Source: Trichloromonas sp.
Lineage (GTDB): Bacteria > Desulfobacterota > Desulfuromonadia > Desulfuromonadales > Trichloromonadaceae
Length of the DNA stretch: 64,000 nt
Direction of reading: 5' to 3'
Assembly: GCF_034006665.1 (NCBI RefSeq)
Contig: NZ_JAVESI010000016.1
Location: 329-64,328, forward strand
Of this stretch, positions 46,104 through 53,508 are shown piece by piece; the stretch's first letter is position 1, and the number at the start of each line of letters is the position of its first letter. A program made the position numbers and the translations under genes. Below the pieces are notes generated by a model. It was not told where the DNA came from. It saw nothing but the letters and a program-made list of their open reading frames with translations, and made no database searches.

Positions 46104-46363
46104 GTGGCAGGGGTGGGAATGTTTTAGATGAAGCCGCGAAATCCCCAGATCAGCAGGGGCAGGGCAGGAGAGTCGATGAAAGAGACAGGTTAGAGGTTGC
46201 CGGCAGGTTATCTGCCGTTTAGGCCTTTTGCGAGACCCTGCCTATAAGATCGTCTAACAAAGAAGGTAAGTTTGAAAGTTGATCTACATTTCCAATGGCT
46301 TATTTAGTCAATCGCCATGTCTCTCCCCTGAATGGTCTGCGCTATTAAAAAATCCATAAATTT

Positions 46364-46607
46364 CAATTTTTCTCTTTTTTCCTTAACTGACCTCCTGAAC
46401 CGAACCAATCGTTATGTAGGAGCATAGAGATGCCCTCTAGCGCACCTGTTTTTTCCTTTTACCCAGGAGGTTTTATGGAAATCTTTTTTTTCTCTTTTTT
46501 TTTCCTTAACTGATCTCCTGAACCGAACCAAGGTTTGTATAGGAGCAGAGAGATGTTCTCTAGCGCACCTGTTTTTTCCCTTTTACTCAGGAGGTTTTAT
46601 GGAAATC
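46364..46607 (+). repeat. Tandem duplication (about 120 + 124 bp, about 90% identity) of the leader, RBS and start codon of the gene at 46599
   Basis: Both copies end in CAGGAGGTTTTATGGAAATC (46464-46483 and 46588-46607). Confidence 0.9.
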
Positions 46608-46874
46608 ACCAGCATCACCACCCTCTCAGTCACCCAGTTACAGTCGCGTCTAGCTCAGACCCTGCGCTGGGCTTCCAGGACCAGGCAGGCCATTCTGTTG
46701 ACCCATTGGCATCAGCCGACGCATGTAATTCTGCCATTGGCGCACCTGCCCGCGTCGATCAGACAGCTGCTTGAGCAGTTGCCGCAGGAGGCTGACGAGA
46801 TGGCGCAGGAAACGCTTTGCCCGATGGGAGGCTGTGGCAACGGTCTGCATACGGCGCATCGGGGTGCCTTATGA
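46599..46874 (+). CDS. Hypothetical protein, weak Phd/YefM-antitoxin-like N-terminus
   Basis: ITTLSVTQLQSRLAQTLRWASRTRQAILLTHWHQPTHVILPL. RBS AGGAGG. Confidence 0.4.
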   Translation: MEITSITTLSVTQLQSRLAQTLRWASRTRQAILLTHWHQPTHVILPLAHLPASIRQLLEQLPQEADEMAQETLCPMGGCGNGLHTAHRGAL

Positions 46875-47428
46875 TGTCGCCGCTAGCTGCGAATGATCCA
46901 GCTCATTGCCGACAGGCAACCAAGCCAGAGATTGAGCTTTTGACAGATTTGGAAAATCCCGAGGTCTGTGCGGCTCAGTGCGACGACAGATGCGCATCGG
47001 CGGCGGCGAGGTGTTCTCCCCTCCCAAGCCAGGAGATTCGCCATCAGATTTTTCTGTTGGCCTGCCGGTGCGGCGCCCTTGAACCTCAGGACGATCCGGA
47101 CCGGATGATCGACACCATCGCCTGGCTGTACCAGGATCTGGCGCCGAAGGGGGCCATGCAGACGCTTTTGGCTTCGCAGATTATCGCGACCTATCTGGTT
47201 CTGATGCGCCAACTGCATAAAACCACGCAGGAGGCGTCACTGGCGGCGAACAATATGCGCGTCAATATGGCCACCAAGCTGATGCGGGCGTTGAATTTAC
47301 AGCTGGGACTACTGGCGACGCTTCAGGGCGTGAAGATGCAGAGCATCAAGGTGGAGCATCTGAATGTGTCGGGTAATTCGGTGATCGGCATTGGTGGCCG
47401 GGTGGACCAGGGGAGGTCGTCGCAATGA
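46871..47428 (+). CDS. Hypothetical protein
   Basis: ATGA overlap with the upstream stop. No known motif. Confidence 0.45.
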   Translation: MMSPLAANDPAHCRQATKPEIELLTDLENPEVCAAQCDDRCASAAARCSPLPSQEIRHQIFLLACRCGALEPQDDPDRMIDTIAWLYQDLAPKGAMQTLLASQIIATYLVLMRQLHKTTQEASLAANNMRVNMATKLMRALNLQLGLLATLQGVKMQSIKVEHLNVSGNSVIGIGGRVDQGRSSQ

Positions 47429-47769
47429 GGTCTTATACGGAGAAACAAGCCCATGCGCTCGATCTGGCGCGGACAACGCCGCGCTGTGGGGCCAAGACGC
47501 GACGGGGCAAACCCTGCCAGGCGCCCTGTGTTGCCAAGCCGGAAGGTGGGTACAAGTCACGTTGCCGCATGCACGGCGGGGCGGCGGGGTCCGGAGCGCC
47601 CAAGGGCAACCAAAATGCGCTGAAACACGGCTTTTATACGGCCAAGGCCAAACAGCAGCGGCTCCTGATACGCCGGTTTTTCAAGGAGTTGCAAACATCC
47701 ACTACGGTGTCCGACGAGGTGCTCTTCTCCCTTGTGGACGCTCTTTCCCCAGGAGATTTAACCACATGA
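47425..47769 (+). CDS. HGGxSTG-family protein
   Basis: CGAKTRRGKPCQAPCV...RCRMHGGAAGSGAPKGNQNALKHGFYT. ATGA overlap. Confidence 0.6.
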   Translation: MRSYTEKQAHALDLARTTPRCGAKTRRGKPCQAPCVAKPEGGYKSRCRMHGGAAGSGAPKGNQNALKHGFYTAKAKQQRLLIRRFFKELQTSTTVSDEVLFSLVDALSPGDLTT

Positions 47770-48143
47770 CCAGCTATGACGCAAACCATCCCATCTATGA
47801 CGAGGCCACCTGCACCGGAGAAAGGGGCTCACAGGAGGTCGCGCCAGCGAAATACGCCGCAGAGCAGCCTGAGCCGCAGCTTTCAGGGCAGTCTCAAATA
47901 CCGGAAGGCGCGGACCCGCCTCTGTGCGGCGGCTGCCCGGACTATTGCTATCTCTCGGCTCCCGACAGTGATCCGGAGAATCCGCCACCGGGTTATGCGC
48001 CCTGCCTGCACGCCTATGACAACGATCCCTGGCTGGGCCTGGATACCGAGTGTGACTTTGATCCGGAGGAAGACGAAATGGATCTTGCCATGGCGTCAGA
48101 AATCGCCGAACGAGAGGACTTTGACTGGACGCATTATCTGTAA
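47766..48143 (+). CDS. Acidic Cys/Pro-rich hypothetical protein
   Basis: ATGA overlap with the HGGxSTG gene. It is the internal in-frame start of ORF 47391-48143. Confidence 0.4.
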   Translation: MTSYDANHPIYDEATCTGERGSQEVAPAKYAAEQPEPQLSGQSQIPEGADPPLCGGCPDYCYLSAPDSDPENPPPGYAPCLHAYDNDPWLGLDTECDFDPEEDEMDLAMASEIAEREDFDWTHYL

Positions 48144-48258
48144 ACGGGGGCCGTGGCCCGATAGCAGCTGGCCGGAAAGTCAGCACGACCGGCCGTTTGA
48201 TCTAAACCCGAACCTTGGACATGTCTCTTAAACCTCTTAAACAGAAAGGATTTTCATC

Positions 48259-48576
48259 ATGGGCTATTCATACCCCGAGCACGCGAAACTTCTGCCCTTC
48301 TGCCAGGGCGCACCGAGATCTCCCCATCCGGACGCCTGGCTGGTGGGGATTACCCAGATTGCTCATCATTTAGGCACAAACACCCGCCAGGCCCGCAAAA
48401 AGATTGCCTGCGGCGAGGTCTTTGCCATCGAGGTAAACGGTGTTCTTTACGGCAACCGCACCTGGTGCCCGAACACCTGGTATGCCAGCTGTGCGGCGGA
48501 CCCGAATGATCCGGGTTTTCCTCTCTCTCGTGCGGTGGCACCACCGAACCGGATACCCTGGCATTGGCGGTACTGA
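48259..48576 (+). CDS. Hypothetical protein, possible HTH
   Basis: ORF with ITQIAHHLGTNTRQARKKIACGEV. Weak. Confidence 0.3.
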   Translation: MGYSYPEHAKLLPFCQGAPRSPHPDAWLVGITQIAHHLGTNTRQARKKIACGEVFAIEVNGVLYGNRTWCPNTWYASCAADPNDPGFPLSRAVAPPNRIPWHWRY

Positions 48577-48960
48577 CACCCAACAGGAAGGGTCTTCCGC
48601 CGTCTGGGGCGAGAAAGGGGGGTTGGATGGTGCCGATATGATCTGGGTATGACGTCGTACAGGGTAGGCAGGTGGGTAGAATCATCAAGGATTACATCTG
48701 TTTACAGCATTTATGCTAGTCACTAAGTGAACGGAGATAAACCGAATATGAAAAAGTCAAAAAAAGGTATGGGTTGCTCAGTTATCGAACAGCAGTTTTC
48801 TGATTCGGGATGTTTGAATGGGAACTCTGTTCAGGATCGGCGAAATCACAGTACACAAACTTAAAAATCGTGAGGGCTATCAGAGGCTATATCGTTGCTC
48901 CGGCCCGACCTGCTCGGCCTGCAAGGGAAAAGCTAAGCGGACGGTGGGTGAGATTCAGTT

Positions 48961-49191
48961 TTGTTACGACGTTGGCCGGCGTGGGATAGGCTACTTCGTC
49001 GTGGAGCAAAACTCCAAGCCCGGAAGCCTGTCCTACGAACTCGTGTTTCAAGGAAAACCCTGGCCAATCTTGCCTCAAAGGGGGCATCGGTTCCTGTCGC
49101 AATGCGTATTGGCAACAAAGTCGCTTACGATGTCGTCGAGTTGATCGATTGGCTACGTCAGCACCTTACTAACGAGAAGAAAGGAAATTAA
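48961..49191 (+). CDS. Excisionase/AlpA-like HTH protein (start uncertain, possibly frameshifted)
   Basis: SRKTLANLASKGASVPVAMRIGNKVAYDVVELIDWL resembles HTH_17 excisionases. Only a TTG start without an RBS. Overlaps ORF 48818-49144. Confidence 0.35.
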   Translation: MLRRWPAWDRLLRRGAKLQARKPVLRTRVSRKTLANLASKGASVPVAMRIGNKVAYDVVELIDWLRQHLTNEKKGN

Positions 49192-49192
49192 G

Positions 49193-49741
49193 ATGACTTT
49201 TAATATTGAGACGTTGGCCCTTCCGCAAGACTTTCAAAATATGTCTGGCGCGAAAAAACTATGGACCACAATCCCGGTGCGCAAACCCGGTAAAACAGAA
49301 TTTTTCCGGGTCCTGGACGATGATGCCTATACCCTTCGGACTGCCATCATCGAATTGAAGGAAGAGAGCGAAACCTACCTTGTCGATGGTGCTCTTCTGA
49401 GTGACCTGTCAGAGTTTATCGTTCCGGTACAGGTTGTTGTCGCCCTCACACGGATGGGCTCATTGATGGTTTGGCCGCTTAAACTACCGCAGGAGCGGCA
49501 CAATGCCTGGCACGCTACCGCGCTCCAAGCAGCCGAGCTCGCCAAGAAAAAATGGATCTGTATGCGGGCCAATATGTCTGCCGGCTGTTATGACATCCTG
49601 GAAGCAACTGCTGCCCTGCCGGAGCCGGAGTTCCCGACAGCGGAACTGTCTTTTGAGCGGATGCTGGAACTGGCCTTCGCGAACTATTACGTCAACAGCC
49701 TCAATCACCCGCTTATTCGGCGGCTGACCGGCCAAGTGTAG
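49193..49741 (+). CDS. Hypothetical protein tightly linked to the DNA polymerase gene
   Basis: 182-aa ORF, 1-nt gaps to both neighbours. No known motif. Confidence 0.5.
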   Translation: MTFNIETLALPQDFQNMSGAKKLWTTIPVRKPGKTEFFRVLDDDAYTLRTAIIELKEESETYLVDGALLSDLSEFIVPVQVVVALTRMGSLMVWPLKLPQERHNAWHATALQAAELAKKKWICMRANMSAGCYDILEATAALPEPEFPTAELSFERMLELAFANYYVNSLNHPLIRRLTGQV

Positions 49742-49742
49742 T

Positions 49743-51458
49743 ATGGGACTGAATAATTACTCTAACATCTGGTGCCTGGACTTTGAGTTCCGGGCACCAG
49801 ACGGAGAGCGCCCTGCGGTTCGCTGTCTGGTGGCCATTGAATATCATTCTGGGCAGACGATCAGACGCTGGTGCGATGAATTGGGTGAGACGCCACCGTT
49901 CCTGATCGATGAGTCGACCCTGATCGTTGCCTATTACGCCTCGGCTGAAATGGGCTGCTTCTTATCATTGGGGTGGGATCTGCCGCCAAATCTCCTCGAT
50001 CTGTATGTCGAGTTCAGGCGGAAGCATAACGGACTTTTTCTCAAGGCCGGATCGGACCTTAACGGTGCGCTTATCCAATATGGCCTGAGTGTGATCCCGG
50101 ATAAGCAGGAGATGCGCGAACTTGCCATGCGCGAAGGAGACGTTTACTCAGAGCAGGAAAAGTCTGACTTGGTCGCGTACTGTCAGGCTGATGTTGAAGC
50201 TCTCATCCACCTCCTTCCCAAGATGGAGGAGAGCATCGACTGGCCTCGGGCCTTAGTGCGCGGCAGCTATATGAAGGCCGTCGCGGTCATGGAGTACAAT
50301 GGGGTGCCGATCGATACCGAAATCCTCGAACGACTCCGTGACCGCTGGAACGATATCCGGCAGGATTTGATTGCTGAAATCGACCAGGATTACGGCGTGT
50401 ACGAAGGAAGCGTCTTCAAGGCCGACAGATTTGAACAGTGGCTGACGCAACAAGGGATCGCCTGGCCGCGACTTGAATCCGGTAAGCTTGATCTTAAAAG
50501 TGATACCTTCCGTGACATCGCAAAAGGTCACCCCGAACTTGAACCACTAAAAGAGCTGCGCTATTCCCTTTCAGAGCTGCGCCTGAATAAGTTGGCTGTG
50601 GGACGGGATGGCCGCAACCGTTGCCTGCTTTCTCCCTTCCGGGCAAAAACCAGCCGCAATCAACCCAGTAACAGCAAATTTATTTTCGGTCCTTCGGCCT
50701 GGTTGAGAGCGCTGATAAGGCCGGCCGTCGGCTATGGTCTTGCTTATATTGATTGGAGTCAGCAGGAGTTTGCCATCGCTGCGGTCCTAAGCGGCGACGC
50801 GGATATGCAGCAGGCGTATACCTCTGGCGATCCCTATCTGGAATTTGCAAAGCTCGCCGGGGCCGTTCCCCCAGAGGGAACCAAAGACAGCCATCCTAAG
50901 GAGCGCAAGCTTTTTAAGAACTGTATCTTAGGTGTCCAGTACGGCATGGGTCCCGAGTCTCTGGCCCAGCGTATCGGGGAGCCGGTGATTAAAGGCCGCG
51001 AGCTGATCCAACTCCATAAAGAGATATTTCCCGATTATTGGAAATGGTCACAGGCTGTTGTCGACTATGCCCTGACCAGCGGAACTCTCTTCTCGACCCT
51101 GGGCTGGTCACTATCCATCAATAGTCAAGCAAATCCTCGATCCCTGGCAAACTGGCCCGTCCAGACCAATGGAGCCGAAATCCTGCGATTGGCGGTGATT
51201 CTCATCGTCGAGACTGGGATCGCGGTCTGCTGCCCTGTCCATGACGCGATCCTGATCGAAGCCCCACTGGAGCGGCTGGACGAAGATATCCGCACGGCCC
51301 AGCAGCTGATGCAACAAGCAGGGGAAATGATCCTTGGCGGGTTCAAGCTCCGCACGGACGTCGACCGTGTCTGTTATCCCGAGCGGTACATCGATGAGCG
51401 AGGGGAGAAGATGTGGGAAAAGATGATGAAATTGTTGAGTGCGTTCGACTCCGAATGA
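49743..51458 (+). CDS. Family A DNA polymerase with 3'-5' exonuclease domain (mobile-element type, no 5' nuclease)
   Basis: Exo motifs CLDFEF, YCQADVEAL. Pol motif A AYIDWSQQEFAIAA, motif B KERKLFKNCILGVQYGMG, motif C CPVHDAILIE. Confidence 0.85.
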   Translation: MGLNNYSNIWCLDFEFRAPDGERPAVRCLVAIEYHSGQTIRRWCDELGETPPFLIDESTLIVAYYASAEMGCFLSLGWDLPPNLLDLYVEFRRKHNGLFLKAGSDLNGALIQYGLSVIPDKQEMRELAMREGDVYSEQEKSDLVAYCQADVEALIHLLPKMEESIDWPRALVRGSYMKAVAVMEYNGVPIDTEILERLRDRWNDIRQDLIAEIDQDYGVYEGSVFKADRFEQWLTQQGIAWPRLESGKLDLKSDTFRDIAKGHPELEPLKELRYSLSELRLNKLAVGRDGRNRCLLSPFRAKTSRNQPSNSKFIFGPSAWLRALIRPAVGYGLAYIDWSQQEFAIAAVLSGDADMQQAYTSGDPYLEFAKLAGAVPPEGTKDSHPKERKLFKNCILGVQYGMGPESLAQRIGEPVIKGRELIQLHKEIFPDYWKWSQAVVDYALTSGTLFSTLGWSLSINSQANPRSLANWPVQTNGAEILRLAVILIVETGIAVCCPVHDAILIEAPLERLDEDIRTAQQLMQQAGEMILGGFKLRTDVDRVCYPERYIDERGEKMWEKMMKLLSAFDSE

Positions 51459-51461
51459 CAG

Positions 51462-51498
51462 GGTATGCAGGCCTGCAATGCCAGGTATGCAGGCCTGC
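51462..51498 (+). promoter_or_regulatory. Two 15-bp direct repeats, each containing the palindrome GCAGGCCTGC (candidate operator)
   Basis: GGTATGCAGGCCTGC at 51462-51476 and 51484-51498, 22-bp centre-to-centre, followed by TTGACC. Confidence 0.5.
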
Positions 51499-51570
51499 TT
51501 GACCCGGTCCCATTATATGAATAGTTATTAGAGTTAACAATATAAGACAGATGTCTCAGGAGGATTCCCG

Positions 51571-51918
51571 ATGGGGAAGACGATGATTGTCGATGACATT
51601 GAATGTGAACAAGTTGAGTTTGGAACCAGAAAAAGGGAACCCCGACAATTGTATGCCACCATCCCCCTCGACTGGATCAAAGATTTACCAGGAGAAAGCA
51701 GGAAGGTCAAGCTCATCACAATTCTCTGGTGTTACAGCAGCTTAAAAGGTGGTGGGTGGTTCTCCTGCGGGAATAAAGTGTGTGAACGGTATGGGATTTC
51801 GCCGAGCCAAAAATCTCGAATTCTGGCATCACTTGAAAAGTCAGGCCATCTCGAACTGAAGCTTAGCCCAGGGAAAGCCGTTCAAGTGAAACTCACTAAA
51901 CCATTAGGGTGGAAGTAA
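51571..51918 (+). CDS. Winged-helix-like DNA-binding protein
   Basis: RBS AGGAGG. YGISPSQKSRILASLEKSGHLEL. Confidence 0.4.
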   Translation: MGKTMIVDDIECEQVEFGTRKREPRQLYATIPLDWIKDLPGESRKVKLITILWCYSSLKGGGWFSCGNKVCERYGISPSQKSRILASLEKSGHLELKLSPGKAVQVKLTKPLGWK

Positions 51919-52142
51919 TTTGGCTTATATATAGCGGCGTCATTGGTGCGTTTTTTGGTAAAAGTGAACAGGACAATGTGCTCGTCTTAAGACGTACCTT
52001 CAGCGCCAGCCTGGGATTTGATTCCACCGACGAATGGATACTTATACCTATCGATGTGAGCGTACCTCCGGATGCGTGGAGTGAGCTCATGTCCCGATAC
52101 TTTGAACTTTTACATGCCTTTATGGCTAAGAGGAGATATCTC

Positions 52143-53297
52143 ATGTCCGTACAGAATTTAACCACCGCGTTTCTCTCCACCCTGGATTCCTGCCCAGCCG
52201 CAGCCGGCCGTATCGAATACTGTGATACCGAGCTGCCGGGCTTCTTTCTGGAGTATCGGACCAAAGGAAAGGGGACCTATTACTTCCGTTACCGCAATCG
52301 CGGCAGCAGAGCTCGCCAGATGCGCTTGGGGAAACTCGGCGAAATCTCTCTTGCAGACGCCCGTGCCAAGGCGTACCGGCTGCATCAGCAGGTCAGTGCC
52401 GGAGAGAATCCGCAGCACCAGGGTTCCGGCGAAATGCCCAGTCTGGCACAGTTTGTCCGGGAACATTACCTGCCTTACGCCAAAGACCACAAACGCAGCT
52501 GGTCCACCGATGAAACCCTGCTGCGCCTGCATCTGCTGCCGGTTTTCGGCGAAAAGCCCCTCGATCAGATCCAGCGACAGGAGATCGCTACTCTCCATCG
52601 GCGCCTGAAACAGCAAGGCTATGCTGCCGGAACCTGCAACCGGATTCTGGTGCTGCTGCGCTTTCTCTTCAACTGTGCCCGACGCTGGGATATTTTGCCG
52701 GCAACGACCACCAATCCCTGTAGCGGCATTCCCGCCTTTGCCGATCGTGGTGCTCGCGAGCGCTACCTCAGTGATGCCGAGGTCAAACGGCTGCTGACCC
52801 AACTCGACAAAAGCCGCCATCAACAGGTCGCCCGCATCGTCAAACTGTTGCTCTACACCGGGGCTCGCCGCTCCGAGATCGTCAACGCCCGCTGGGAGTA
52901 CATCGATCTGGAACAGCAGGTGCTGACCGTTCCTCTGTCCAAGTCCGGCAAGCCCCGGCATATCGCCCTGCCCGATGCCGCCGTCAAACTGCTGCGCGAG
53001 ATCCCCCGCCAGGCCGATGTGCCTTGGGTCTTCCACAACCCCAAAACCGGCAAGCCGCTTGTCTCCTTCTACTGCGCCTGGAATAGCCTGCGCAAGGCCG
53101 CAGCCATTCCCGATGTGCGCCTGCACGATCTGCGTCATTCCTTTGCCAGTTTTCTGGTGCGCTCCGGCCGCTCCCTCTACGAGGTGCAGAAACTGCTGGG
53201 CCACTATGACCCGAAGGTCACCATGCGTTATGCCCATCTCTCCCCCCGTTCCCTGGTGGACGCCGCCAACATCGCGGCCCAGATCATCGGCGGGTAG
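52143..53297 (+). CDS. Tyrosine recombinase, P4-type integrase (integrase 2, paralog of integrase 1)
   Basis: PGFFLEYRTKGKGTYYFRYR, TGARRSE, HDLRHSFASF, LLGHYDPKVTMRYAH. Colinear with integrase 1 over the whole length. Confidence 0.9.
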   Translation: MSVQNLTTAFLSTLDSCPAAAGRIEYCDTELPGFFLEYRTKGKGTYYFRYRNRGSRARQMRLGKLGEISLADARAKAYRLHQQVSAGENPQHQGSGEMPSLAQFVREHYLPYAKDHKRSWSTDETLLRLHLLPVFGEKPLDQIQRQEIATLHRRLKQQGYAAGTCNRILVLLRFLFNCARRWDILPATTTNPCSGIPAFADRGARERYLSDAEVKRLLTQLDKSRHQQVARIVKLLLYTGARRSEIVNARWEYIDLEQQVLTVPLSKSGKPRHIALPDAAVKLLREIPRQADVPWVFHNPKTGKPLVSFYCAWNSLRKAAAIPDVRLHDLRHSFASFLVRSGRSLYEVQKLLGHYDPKVTMRYAHLSPRSLVDAANIAAQIIGG

Positions 53298-53508
53298 GGT
53301 GGTGACTGCCGCTATCCTGACCCCATCTACGGCAACACCCCTTGCCTGCGGCCTTCTCATCGGGTTCTGTCACGGCCGAAGAGAGAGCGGCCCAAGAGAT
53401 CCTCCGCAGGACCAGAGCCCCTGACAAACAACCAGCAAGGCAACGCCGGGGACTCTGGTCATCGGTTCCTCTGGGTCGAAGGATGCGGGGAGCGGCTGCA
53501 GCGCCGTT

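Larger units (their letters stand above)
43117..51918 (+). mobile_element. Integrative island 1 (integrase, iteron-like repeats, regulators, family A DNA polymerase); ends not defined
   Basis: An integrase at the left end, followed by unidirectional tightly packed genes. No att repeats or tRNA recognised. Confidence 0.5.

Noticed and set aside
48748-48864. 38-codon ORF (MKKSKKGMGCSVIEQQF...) with an RBS in the AT-rich spacer
   Set aside because: It has no recognisable motif and overlaps the start of ORF 48818. The evidence is insufficient.
52158-53360. 400-aa minus-strand ORF
   Set aside because: It is antisense to integrase 2, whose catalytic R/HxxR/Y signature lies in the plus frame.
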